Numbered from the stretch's first letter, positions 19,307 through 28,869 are shown. The stretch is DNA of 32,000 nucleotides from Candidatus Helarchaeota ASGARD archaeon Hel_GB_B (GCA_005191425.1 SUPR01000024.1:6447-38446); one strand, 5' to 3'. The notes: a model not told the origin generated them from the letters alone. Made by a program: numbers and translations.

Positions 19307-19759
19307 ATGGCTCAGATACGAGATGAGAAAAAGATAAAGAAAAGAAGAGGATCCCGGACTTGTGGTTACGGGACACAAGGCCAACATAGAAAAAGTGGTC
19401 AACGTGGTGGTAGAGGTAATACTGGTGGAAAAAAGCATAAATGGACATATATTGTAAAATATGATCCAGACTATTTTGGAAAAAAAGGATTTAAAAGGCC
19501 CCCAGATAAACAAATTAAAATCAAAACAATTAATGTTGGAGAAATTAACCAGTTAATAGAGAAAAACTTAATTGAAAAAGAAGAAAAATTTTTTACGTTA
19601 AACGTAGTAGAATTAGGTTTTGGAAAGGTGCTTGGAAAAGGGACTTTAAATTTTCCTGTTAAAATCACTGCCAAAAGTTTTTCAAAAAAAGCTGTTGAAA
19701 AAATAAATAATGCTGGAGGTCAAATTAATATTTTAAATGAAAATAAAATAAGTGAATAA
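19307..19759 (+). CDS. rpl15: 50S ribosomal protein uL15
   Basis: RGSRTCGYG, GQRGGRGNTG, DYFGKKGF, KVLGKG. Confidence 0.96.
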   Translation: MAQIRDEKKIKKRRGSRTCGYGTQGQHRKSGQRGGRGNTGGKKHKWTYIVKYDPDYFGKKGFKRPPDKQIKIKTINVGEINQLIEKNLIEKEEKFFTLNVVELGFGKVLGKGTLNFPVKITAKSFSKKAVEKINNAGGQINILNENKISE

Positions 19760-19825
19760 AAGAAATAAAATTAAACAATAATATTTTTCTTAATGATGAT
19801 TTGAGGTTTATGGAATAGACTAAAA

Positions 19826-21454
19826 ATGACGAGTACATTCCTCCGCGCTATGAGTCCATTTTGCCGGGTCATGCCGGAAATAAAGCAACCAAATCGAGAT
19901 GTATCATTTAAAGAAAAAGCTATATGGACAATTGTAGCTTTGCTTATTTATCTTGTTATGTCTAATATGACCTTAATAGGAGTAAAAGCTCAGCAGAGTG
20001 GTGTAGATTATTTTTATTGGTGGAGGGTACTTCTAGCTTCAAATAGATTTACATTAGCAGAACTAGGAATTGGCCCCATTGTAACTGCTGGATTGATTAT
20101 GCAACTGTTAGCAGGTTCCAAAATAATTAAGGTAGATTTTTCAGATCCCACAGATCGTTCTTTATTTACTGGTGCCCAAAAAGTTTTTGCAGTTTTTTTA
20201 ACTACGGTTCAAATTATTGCATATATTGGCGCAGGGGCTTATGGACCAATTGGAGGTGAAGGACTCCAACTTATGGATATAGTATTAATTTTTGTCCAAT
20301 TGATGATGGCAGGAATTATAATTATCTTATTAGATGAATTATTACAAAAAGGCTGGGGACTTGGGTCAGGAGTTTCTCTTTTTATATGTGCAGGAGTTGC
20401 AAGACGGATTATCTGGCTAAGTTTTTCTCCAATTCAAGGTGGAGATGGACTAATGTATGGTATAATAATAGCTTTTGTTCAGACAATTATTTCAATGAGT
20501 ACTGGAAATGTTGGAAAATTTCAAATTTCACCAAGTGAGACAGAAAAATATTATTTTTTAAGACCAAACGATTTCAGTTCAATTTGGATACAAAGACCAG
20601 TTGGTATTCCCTCAGATATTAATGGTATCCCAATAACTCCGGGGACTGCTGATTACAATAATGCAATGACAGCATTAATGAATTCTCAAAAATCATCATC
20701 TGCGCCTACATTAATAGGGCTGATAACAACTATTGTAATTTTTTTGGTTGTAATATTTATAGAGACAGTTCGAGTAGAAATTCCACTACAATATTCGCGG
20801 TATCGTGGTTTTAAAGGAAAATATCCAATAAAATTATTATATGTATCAAATATACCTGTTATTTTAGTCCAAGCATTATATGCTAATTTATTATTCTTTG
20901 GGCAATTATTAGGTACTCAGTTTCCTACAAATCCATGGGTACAAATATTTGCAAAATTTGACCAACAACAATTACTTCAAGGTGGGGCATTTCTTCGCCC
21001 GCAATTTCCATGTATTCTGTATTTTCTTTCACCGCCGCGGGGGCTGTATGAATTGATTTATTATCCTGGACAGTGGGTTATACATATAATAGTATATACA
21101 ATTATTTTAATAATTTTATGCGTTTGGTTTTCTAAAATTTGGGTAGATGTAAGTGGAATTGCGCCTAGAGATATTTCTCAGCAGATTTTAAATTCTGGAC
21201 TGATGGTACCTGGGTTCAGGAGAAACCCTAGAATCATCGAAAAAATTTTAAAGAGATACATTCCAACAGTTACAACTCTTGGTGCAATTTTGGTAGGACT
21301 AATAGCTGCTATAGCTGATTTTATGGGTGCTTTAGGTACAGGAATGGGTGTATTATTAACAGTAGGTATTTTATATCAATATTACCAGATTCTAGCCCAA
21401 GAACAACTTGCATCTATGAACCCTGCGATGCGGAGTATTCTAGGATTGGATTAA
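19826..21454 (+). CDS. secY: Preprotein translocase SecY / Sec61alpha
   Basis: LASNRFTLAELGIGPIVTAGLIMQLL, KGWGLGSGVSLFI, YPIKLLYVSNIP, GTGMGVLLTV. Confidence 0.98.
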   Translation: MTSTFLRAMSPFCRVMPEIKQPNRDVSFKEKAIWTIVALLIYLVMSNMTLIGVKAQQSGVDYFYWWRVLLASNRFTLAELGIGPIVTAGLIMQLLAGSKIIKVDFSDPTDRSLFTGAQKVFAVFLTTVQIIAYIGAGAYGPIGGEGLQLMDIVLIFVQLMMAGIIIILLDELLQKGWGLGSGVSLFICAGVARRIIWLSFSPIQGGDGLMYGIIIAFVQTIISMSTGNVGKFQISPSETEKYYFLRPNDFSSIWIQRPVGIPSDINGIPITPGTADYNNAMTALMNSQKSSSAPTLIGLITTIVIFLVVIFIETVRVEIPLQYSRYRGFKGKYPIKLLYVSNIPVILVQALYANLLFFGQLLGTQFPTNPWVQIFAKFDQQQLLQGGAFLRPQFPCILYFLSPPRGLYELIYYPGQWVIHIIVYTIILIILCVWFSKIWVDVSGIAPRDISQQILNSGLMVPGFRRNPRIIEKILKRYIPTVTTLGAILVGLIAAIADFMGALGTGMGVLLTVGILYQYYQILAQEQLASMNPAMRSILGLD

Positions 21455-21545
21455 AAAAATCAAATTTTATTTCTAAAAATAATGATGAATAAATTTTTAA
21501 TATAACCATTTTATTCTATACTATAAATTTTTAAATGTGGTCTAA

Positions 21546-21815
21546 ATGCCAGAACCGAGATATCGTTCACGATCAAAAGCAAGAAAAATAATAAAAACAC
21601 CTGGAAAAAGAATAAAAATACATTATAGACGTAGAAGATATAGTACAGATAAATGTGCAATTTGTAAAAAAGAATTACATGGTATGGCTTCAAGAGTTCC
21701 TAAAAAAAGAAGAAAATATGCAAAAACACGCAGAAGACCTAATAGAATTTATGGCGGTAATTTATGTCCCGCTTGTCTAAAGTCTGCATTAATAGAAAGT
21801 GTAAGATCGCAATGA
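21546..21815 (+). CDS. rpl34e: 50S ribosomal protein eL34
   Basis: KTPGKR, CAICKKELHG, RRPNRIYGGNLCPAC. Confidence 0.96.
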   Translation: MPEPRYRSRSKARKIIKTPGKRIKIHYRRRRYSTDKCAICKKELHGMASRVPKKRRKYAKTRRRPNRIYGGNLCPACLKSALIESVRSQ

Positions 21816-21841
21816 TAAATTCCCAGAATGGGGTTTAAATT

Positions 21842-22387
21842 TTGGTGGAGCTTCTTATTACAATTACAGGACTTCATGGTGTCGGAAAAACATTAATTGG
21901 AAAAAAATTATGTGAATATTTTAATTTGGGTTATAGTTCAGCGGGCATAATTTTTAGGAACATTGCAAAAGAGTTTAACATGTCATGTGCTGAATTTAAT
22001 GAATACGCATTGACTCACCCAGAAATTGACAAGAAAATAGACGGAATTACTCTAGAGTTAGCAAAAAAAGGTAACATTATAATAGAAGGTATACTAAGTT
22101 CATGGATTACCCGTGAATTAAATCCATTTAGAATATTATTAATAGCACCATTGGAAGTCCGAATTCAACGAATTGCCAAAAGAGATAATATCACATTTGA
22201 TGAAGCTATGGAAATTACAACAGCTCGAGAAAAATCTGAAAGAACTCGGTTTAAAAGATTATATAATATTGACATTCTTGAAAAAAATATTTATGATATT
22301 TCAATCAATACATATTCATTTGATATAGATAGTATGATTAAAATTTTAACAACAGCAATTAATGAACATAAAAATAAAAAAGAATGA
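21842..22387 (+). CDS. cmk: Archaeal cytidylate kinase
   Basis: P-loop ITGLHGVGKT, SAGIIFR, EIDKKID, RIQRIAKRD, RFKRLYNID; canonical position between L34e and L14e. Confidence 0.9.
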   Translation: MVELLITITGLHGVGKTLIGKKLCEYFNLGYSSAGIIFRNIAKEFNMSCAEFNEYALTHPEIDKKIDGITLELAKKGNIIIEGILSSWITRELNPFRILLIAPLEVRIQRIAKRDNITFDEAMEITTAREKSERTRFKRLYNIDILEKNIYDISINTYSFDIDSMIKILTTAINEHKNKKE

Positions 22388-22433
22388 TTTGGTTATTTAG
22401 AACAATTATAAGTTTTTGAGGAAGGATTTCAAA

Positions 22434-22715
22434 ATGCCAGCAATAGAAATTGGACGTATTTGTTTAAAACTATCAGGGCGAGAAGCAGGTCGAAAGTGTG
22501 TAATTTTAGATGTAATTGATAAGAATTATGCACTTATTACTGGTCCTAAAGACCTTACTAAGGTTAGAAGAAGACGTACTAATATTAGACATCTTGAACC
22601 TTTTAAATATAAGATATTTATTGAAAAGAATGCAAGTGATTCAGATGTTATTGAAGCATTGAAAAAAGAAAATTTATATGAATTTATGCAGACCCACGTT
22701 AAATTGGATATTTAA
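22434..22715 (+). CDS. rpl14e: 50S ribosomal protein eL14
   Basis: MPAIEIGRICLKLSGREAGRKCVILDVID, LITGPK, VRRRRTNIRHLEP. Confidence 0.96.
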   Translation: MPAIEIGRICLKLSGREAGRKCVILDVIDKNYALITGPKDLTKVRRRRTNIRHLEPFKYKIFIEKNASDSDVIEALKKENLYEFMQTHVKLDI

Positions 22716-22761
22716 TTAATTCTTTTTAATTTAATAATTCCTTTATTTATTTCAGTTAAGT

Positions 22762-22770
22762 GGTGAATAA
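22762..22770 (+). promoter_or_regulatory. Shine-Dalgarno-type motif GGTGAATAA (recurrent operon RBS)
   Basis: GTGAATAA also precedes the S19 (7727), S17 (9866), L32e (14944) and S5 (16491) starts. GGTGA is complementary to the archaeal 16S 3' end. Confidence 0.7.
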
Positions 22771-22773
22771 CTT

Positions 22774-23772
22774 ATTTCTAAAAACAAGCTTCCTTGCGAT
22801 ATAGAAGATAAATTTTTAATTAAAGCAGAAAGTTATACAGACCCAAATTTTGGGGTTATTCCAGAAAAAAGGCCAATTCATCAATATATTAACTTCGGGA
22901 TAATTAATTTAGACAAACCAGCAGGTCCTACATCTCATGAAGTAGCATCATGGGTAAGAAAAATTCTTAACATAAAAAAAACAGGGCATTCAGGAACTCT
23001 TGACCCACGTGTAACTGGTGTACTCCCTATTGCTCTGAATGATGGCTGTAAGATCCTTCAGACCCTTTTAAAAGCTGGTAAAGAATATGTTTGTGTAATG
23101 CATTTGCATAAACAAATATCTGAACAGAAAATAAGAGATATTATTTATGAATTTAAGGGAAAAATTTACCAACGTCCTCCACTACGCTCCTCTGTTAAAC
23201 AGAGACTACGTATTCGAGAAATTTATTATATAGATATCCTTGAAATTGAAGATAGAAATGTTCTTTTTATCATAGGATGTCAGGCAGGGACCTATATCAG
23301 AAAATTTGTATTTGATTTGGGGTTAGCCTTAGGTTGTGGAGCGCATATGCGAGAACTTAGACGTACTAGAGTTGGTCCTTTTAAAGAAAAAGATAATCTA
23401 TTTAATCTCCAAGATATAAAAGATGCTTATGAATTTTATATTGAAGAAGGAGATGAAACATATCTTAGAAAAATTATTTTACCTATGGAATATGCATTAA
23501 CAGGTATGCCAAAAATTATTGTAAGAGATTCTGCTGTTGATGCACTATGTCATGGCGCTAAATTAACAGCACCGGGTATTTTAAAAGTGAGTGCGCATCT
23601 GAAGAGTAATGATTTAGCTTGTGTTTTAACGCTTAAAAATGAGTTAGTTGCACTTGTAGAGCCAAAATATTCAGCTTCTCAAATTGTTAAGATAGACCAC
23701 GGAGTTATTGGGAAAGTTAACCGTGTTATTATGCCGATTAATACTTATCCTTCGTGGAAATCATATAAATAA
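22774..23772 (+). CDS. cbf5: H/ACA RNP pseudouridine synthase Cbf5 (TruB family, with PUA domain); probable ATT start
   Basis: The frame of ORF 23098-23772 is open upstream to 22771 and encodes INLDKPAGPTSHEV and TGHSGTLDPRVTGVLP (catalytic Asp). There is no ATG/GTG/TTG in frame before 23098. Confidence 0.93.
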   Translation: MSKNKLPCDIEDKFLIKAESYTDPNFGVIPEKRPIHQYINFGIINLDKPAGPTSHEVASWVRKILNIKKTGHSGTLDPRVTGVLPIALNDGCKILQTLLKAGKEYVCVMHLHKQISEQKIRDIIYEFKGKIYQRPPLRSSVKQRLRIREIYYIDILEIEDRNVLFIIGCQAGTYIRKFVFDLGLALGCGAHMRELRRTRVGPFKEKDNLFNLQDIKDAYEFYIEEGDETYLRKIILPMEYALTGMPKIIVRDSAVDALCHGAKLTAPGILKVSAHLKSNDLACVLTLKNELVALVEPKYSASQIVKIDHGVIGKVNRVIMPINTYPSWKSYK

Positions 23773-23794
23773 AAAATTAATTTACGACCTCATT

Positions 23795-24421
23795 ATGAAT
23801 TCTAAGAAATTAAATTCGGAACATTATTTTACTAAGCATCCTACATCGAAATTAAAATTATATAAAATTACTGGGACATTTTTGAGTAAATCATTTAACT
23901 TTTTCACATCTACAGGAGTCTTTTCCTATAAAAAAGTAGACAAGGGTACTTCTTTGTTACTAAATTCTTTAATACTACCAAAAAATAAAAAAATTGAAAT
24001 TTTAGACCTTGGATGTGGGTATGGTATTATAGGAATAGTTTTGGCATCTCTATTGCCCGAATCGCACATTACTATGATTGATATTAATTCACGCGCTATT
24101 TGGTTAAGTAAGAAAAACATTACTATTAATAATCTCAAAAATATTGAGGTAAAATATGGTGATTTTTTACAAATAATAAATAATAATTTTGATTTAATTT
24201 TAACTAACCCACCAATATCTCTTGGAAAATCAATATTATTTAAATTATTTAGAAAAAGCTATGAGGTTTTAAATAATGGTGGCACACTTCAACTTGTCAT
24301 TAAAACTAAACAAGGCGCCAAATCTACATATAATGAATTAAAGCAGATCTTTGGTGAAAATAATGTTAAATTACTTAAAATAAAAAGTGGATATAGAGTA
24401 TATCAAGCTCATAAAATTTAA
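23795..24421 (+). CDS. RsmC/MTS-family class I SAM methyltransferase
   Basis: EHYFT, SSTGVFS-like TSTGVFSYKKVDKGT, LDLGCGYG, ILTNPPI; likely ATG at 23795. Confidence 0.9.
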   Translation: MNSKKLNSEHYFTKHPTSKLKLYKITGTFLSKSFNFFTSTGVFSYKKVDKGTSLLLNSLILPKNKKIEILDLGCGYGIIGIVLASLLPESHITMIDINSRAIWLSKKNITINNLKNIEVKYGDFLQIINNNFDLILTNPPISLGKSILFKLFRKSYEVLNNGGTLQLVIKTKQGAKSTYNELKQIFGENNVKLLKIKSGYRVYQAHKI

Positions 24422-24503
24422 AAGATTCAATTTAATTTATTTGTAAAAGGCAAGTTTCATATTTATTTGAACTTTTGTTCGTCAAATTAAATTTTTATTA
24501 AAT

Positions 24504-24605
24504 GCCGGGATAGCCAAGCGGATTACGGCGCAGGCCTGGAGTTATTTCGTTGCTTGAGAGCCTGTGACACTCTGTGTCGCGTGAGTTCGAATCTCACTCC
24601 CGGCG
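24504..24605 (+). tRNA. tRNA-Ser(GGA) with a 17-nt intron at 37/38 (24542-24558)
   Basis: Acceptor GCCGGGA/TCCCGGC with discriminator G; D stem GCC/GGC; anticodon stem CAGGC/GCCTG; long variable arm GACAC/GTGTC; T arm GTGAG-TTCGAAT-CTCAC. CCA is not encoded. The BHB is relaxed. Confidence 0.92.
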
Positions 24606-24638
24606 CTATAATTATTATAAAAAAATTTGGTGTTAAAA

Positions 24639-25691
24639 TTGGCTAATGTCGGGATTATATATGATGATATTTATTTAGAACATGATACCGGGAACCATCC
24701 AGAATCTGCAGATAGATTGGTCGAAACTATGAAATTAATCAATGAAAAAAAGGTGCTGGAATATCAAAATGTGTTTTTAATTAGTCCAAGACCTGCTACA
24801 ATTGATGAGATTGCTATTGTTCATAAAAGAGATTATATAAAATATATTGAAGATTTTTGTAAAAAAGGCGGAGGATATCTTGATGGTGATACGCCTTGCT
24901 CAAGCCGATCTTATGAAGCAGCATTATATGCAGCTGGGGGAGGTCTTGCTGCTGCCGAAAAAATTAAAGAAGGTAAAATTGATTATGCTATTGGTTTAAT
25001 AAGACCACCAGGACACCATGCAGGGAGATATACAGCTCGCGGATTCTGCATTTTCAACAATATTGTAATACTTGCTGAATTTCTTTTAAAAGATTTTAAT
25101 AAAATAATGATCCTTGATATTGATGCCCACCATGGAAATGGCACACAAGATATGACATATGATAGAAAAGATATTTTGTATTTTGGGATACAACAAGATG
25201 GTAGGACATTATATCCAGGATCAGGTTATCCTGAAGAAATTGGTATGAAGGAGGGAAAAGGGTACAATATTAATGCACCTTTAGCCCCTGGGTCAGGTGA
25301 TAAATCATTTAATAATATTATTGATGAGGTTTTTATTCCGATAGCTAAACAATATAGACCGGATTTTGTTTTAATGTCTGTCGGTTTTGATTCTCATTTT
25401 TCAGACCCTCTTACAGATCTTCGACTAACGACTCAAGGGTATAGAAATATCATACATAAAGTAAAGAATTTTGTTAATGAATACTGTAATAAAAATCTTA
25501 TAATTTTACTGGAAGGGGGCTATAACCTCAGAGCTATATCTCGTTCAATTGTCAATATAATTTATGAACTAGCCGATATACCCGAAGAGATCCATGATGA
25601 AGGAGACCATGAGGACGAAAAAATAGTAAGATATACAGGCGAATTGATTAAACGTATTAAATCAGAACTAAATAATTATTGGAAATTCTAA
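24639..25691 (+). CDS. Zn-dependent histone-deacetylase-family protein (HDAC/AcuC-like)
   Basis: HPESADRL, RPPGHHA, GFCIFNN, DIDAHHGNGTQ, GFDSHFSDPL, LEGGYN. Start is TTG at 24639 or 24627. Confidence 0.93.
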   Translation: MANVGIIYDDIYLEHDTGNHPESADRLVETMKLINEKKVLEYQNVFLISPRPATIDEIAIVHKRDYIKYIEDFCKKGGGYLDGDTPCSSRSYEAALYAAGGGLAAAEKIKEGKIDYAIGLIRPPGHHAGRYTARGFCIFNNIVILAEFLLKDFNKIMILDIDAHHGNGTQDMTYDRKDILYFGIQQDGRTLYPGSGYPEEIGMKEGKGYNINAPLAPGSGDKSFNNIIDEVFIPIAKQYRPDFVLMSVGFDSHFSDPLTDLRLTTQGYRNIIHKVKNFVNEYCNKNLIILLEGGYNLRAISRSIVNIIYELADIPEEIHDEGDHEDEKIVRYTGELIKRIKSELNNYWKF

Positions 25692-25763
25692 ATTTTTTCT
25701 ACTTTTTCCAAAAATAATGTTTAATATAAATAATTTTAATGGATAAAAATTTTTAAAAATAAT

Positions 25764-26078
25764 TTATTTGTTCGTTAATTCAATTTCAATATAAACATCT
25801 TCAGGAACTCTAATCCGCATTATCTGTCGCATCGTCCTTTCATCTGCATCTATATCTATTAGCCTTTTATGTATTCTCATTTCGTAATGTTCCCAAGTTT
25901 GTGTGCCTTCTCCACATGGACTTTTTCTGGTCGGTACTCGTAATCTCTCTGTTGGTAATGGTATAGGGCCAGACATTCTTACACCTGTTTTTTTGACCAT
26001 ACTTTTTACTTCATCACAAATTTTATTCAAATTTTTTCTATTTATACTGGAAAGTCTTATTCTAGCCTTTTGTACCAT
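25764..26078 (-). CDS. rps10: 30S ribosomal protein uS10
   Basis: [34 protein letters not shown]. Confidence 0.97.
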   Translation of the reverse strand: MVQKARIRLSSINRKNLNKICDEVKSMVKKTGVRMSGPIPLPTERLRVPTRKSPCGEGTQTWEHYEMRIHKRLIDIDADERTMRQIMRIRVPEDVYIEIELTNK

Positions 26079-26310
26079 TTTGATCATTCATCTAATTTTT
26101 TCTAAATAAATTTCGTAAAATTATTTTTATAAATTTTTCTTAATTATTGATAACTTTTTAAGTAAATACAATTATTTTAAAAATTTTTCTCTAAATATTA
26201 TCTTTTTAAGTTTTATAATTTTTAATTTAGACATTTCTAACCATAAAAAAACAATAATGAGGGGTTAATTATTAAAAAATAAGTAAAATAAAATAAAAAA
26301 AATTAGTAAA

Positions 26311-27627
26311 CTATTTTTTACCCGCTTTTAAGGGGACTTCTTTGGCTTTAATCTCCTTTACTACCCCAACTGCTATAGTACGTCCCATATCTCTTACAGC
26401 AAAACGACCTAACTGTGGAATTTCTGCGTATTTTTCTAATACAAGTGGTCTTAATGGCTTAAATTCAACAACAGCGGCATCACCTTGTTTAATATAGTCT
26501 GGGTTTTCTTGTGAAACTTGACCAGACCTAGGATCAATTTTTTGTTTTATACTGACGAATGTGCACGCTTGTTGAGCAGTGTGTGCATGTATTACAGGAG
26601 TATAACCGGGCGATACTACAGTTGGGTGATAAATTACAATTATTTGACCTGTAAATTCTTCAACTGTTGATGCAGGTTTATCAGTAGGACTTAATACCAT
26701 ACCCCGTTTAAGTTCTTTATGAGAAATACCCCTTAATGCTACACCAATATTATCTCCTGGAATTGCTTCTGGTAATTCTTCATAATGCATTTCTATAGAC
26801 CTAACTTCTGATGTAAAACCGGGAGGTAATATTGCTACTTGCTGTCCTTTTTTAATTTTTCCTGTTTCCACTCGTCCCACTACAACGGTACCAATACCTT
26901 TAATTGAATAGACATCTTGGATTGGTAACCTAAATGGTTTATCAACTGGTTTAGGTGGTAATTTGATATTATCTAATGCTTCTAATAATGTTGGGCCATC
27001 ATACCATTTGAGATTGCTGGATCTTTCCTTTAGATTGTCTCCAGTCCAACCTGAACCGGGTATAAAAGGTACATCTTTAACGGGATATCCTACTTGCTTG
27101 AGTAAATCGGTGATTTCATCTTTGATTTCGTTATATCTCTCTTGGGACCAATCAACGGTGTCCATCTTATTAACTAAAACGATCATCTGATTAACACCAA
27201 GAGTTCTCGCAAGAAATGCATGCTCTCTCGTTTGACCACCAGCGGATATTCCTGCTTCAAATTCTCCTTTTTTAGCTGAAACGACTAAAACTGCAGCATC
27301 TGCTTGACTACTTCCAGTGATCATGTTTTTTATAAAATCACGATGTCCAGGTGCATCAATAAGTGTGAAATAGAATTTTGGAGTTTCGAATTTCCTAAAG
27401 GCCAAGTCAATTGTTAAACCTCTCTCTCGTTCTTCTTTTAATCTGTCAAATACAAATGCATATTTGAAAGATGATTTGTCTAACTTCTGAGCCTCAGCTT
27501 CCATTTCTCGCATTTCTCTATCAGTGATTGCTCCCGTTAAGATAAGCAAATGCCCTGTAGTGGTACTTTTACCGGCATCTACATGGCCTATTATTACGAG
27601 ATTTACGTGTTCTTTTTTACTACTCAT
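26311..27627 (-). CDS. tuf: Translation elongation factor EF-1alpha
   Basis: GHVDAGKST, ERERGLTID, DAPGHRDF, NKMD, LGRFAVRDMG. Confidence 0.99.
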   Translation of the reverse strand: MSSKKEHVNLVIIGHVDAGKSTTTGHLLILTGAITDREMREMEAEAQKLDKSSFKYAFVFDRLKEERERGLTIDLAFRKFETPKFYFTLIDAPGHRDFIKNMITGSSQADAAVLVVSAKKGEFEAGISAGGQTREHAFLARTLGVNQMIVLVNKMDTVDWSQERYNEIKDEITDLLKQVGYPVKDVPFIPGSGWTGDNLKERSSNLKWYDGPTLLEALDNIKLPPKPVDKPFRLPIQDVYSIKGIGTVVVGRVETGKIKKGQQVAILPPGFTSEVRSIEMHYEELPEAIPGDNIGVALRGISHKELKRGMVLSPTDKPASTVEEFTGQIIVIYHPTVVSPGYTPVIHAHTAQQACTFVSIKQKIDPRSGQVSQENPDYIKQGDAAVVEFKPLRPLVLEKYAEIPQLGRFAVRDMGRTIAVGVVKEIKAKEVPLKAGKK

Positions 27628-28533
27628 TACCTATTCACTAACTCCTTTTGTACTTATAAAATATTGAATGAATTTTTTGGAATTGTCTATTTTATTTTTT
27701 TTCCAAATTTAGAATATAATTTAAACGTAGTTGAATTTCATTTAAATTTATGACTTTATATAAATTTTTAATCAATATAAAAATTTATAATGTGGATACT
27801 CAATAGAACCATTATATTTAAATTTTTAGAGTAGAATTCTTTACCAAATTAAAAAGTTTTTTTGGAGGATTAAGGAAATTAAAAATACATAACGAAATTT
27901 ATAAATATTATTATAAAAGGGAGAGAATAGATAAATAGAATAGATAGTTATAATAGTAATTCGCAAGTTAGATCTTTTTAAAGAAATAAAAAATAGTCTT
28001 TTAATAAAATTTTTTTATTTTAAATTATGATTATTGTATTTCAACCAAATTATAATTATAATTGCGGGAATTGGTTTAAAAATAAATTTCTTAAATATAA
28101 CAAACTAAACATCATTCAAATTTTATCATTTAATTTTACCAAATTTCTCATTAAACACATTTTTATAAAAATTTTCAAAGCAAAATAAATGCAATAAACT
28201 GTTGTTCTGCTTTTATTAAAGTGGAAGGGCAGTATTTCTCTGGATATCTTTTTATATTTTGGGGGTTTATTATAGCTAGGATGTGAGCTTTGCCTATTTG
28301 GTAAGTAATTCCTTAGTTTTATCTTCTCTATGAGTTTGTCTATCAAGTCATATCGTCCCTATGACAAAAACTTTTTAATATTCAAATTCATAAACAAAAG
28401 TACGACTATAGGAGTTATAAAGTTCGCTTTAACACCTATTTGCAAGGTTATACGAATTAAAAAATGTATGAAATACTCTTTAAGCAAAAGGCGCAAGTCT
28501 TTTCATAAAAAATTGTAATAGGTGATAATAAAT

Positions 28534-28869
28534 ATGGCATTTAAAGTATTATTCCTTGCCCACGCTCCTGATGCAGATGCTGAGAAGCATCGATGTATTA
28601 TTGAAACGCCCAAGTATTATAAGCTTTTTGTAGTAGCAGTCAAAAATCAAGAGCAAGCAATTGAAGTATGTAAAAAATTTGTAAAAGAGGAGGGCATTCA
28701 GTCAATTCTTCTCTGTCCAGGATTTACACATAAAGATATTGCGGAGATATCAGAAGCGGTTGGTGAGAATGTCGGAGTTTCTGTAGCCAGGGGAGATGGT
28801 CCGAGTAATAGGAATTCAATGGAAGTGATGAGAAGAGAAGGCTGGTTTTCAGAAAAAGAGAGAAAATAA
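28534..28869 (+). CDS. DUF6506-like protein
   Basis: FKVLFLAHAPDAD, GIQSILLCPGF, VARGDGPS (family recalled from memory); AGGTGAT RBS before ATG 28534. Confidence 0.7.
   Translation: MAFKVLFLAHAPDADAEKHRCIIETPKYYKLFVVAVKNQEQAIEVCKKFVKEEGIQSILLCPGFTHKDIAEISEAVGENVGVSVARGDGPSNRNSMEVMRREGWFSEKERK

Noticed and set aside
22980-23030. Possible cbf5 intron as in Crenarchaeota
   Set aside because: The GHSGTLDPRVTG motif is contiguous and in frame; no intron is present.
1063-26109. Remaining short ORFs overlapping assigned genes (e.g. 1063, 1777, 2140, 4182, 6728, 8357, 12442, 13416, 14306, 15402, 16853, 19248, 19286, 19471, 21511, 23926, 25903)
   Set aside because: They overlap well-supported genes on the opposite strand or frame and have shadow-like composition.
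28116-28518. ORFs 28116-28346 (-) and 28330-28518 (+)
   Set aside because: No recognisable motifs in any frame I translated. They may be decayed sequence but cannot be supported as genes.
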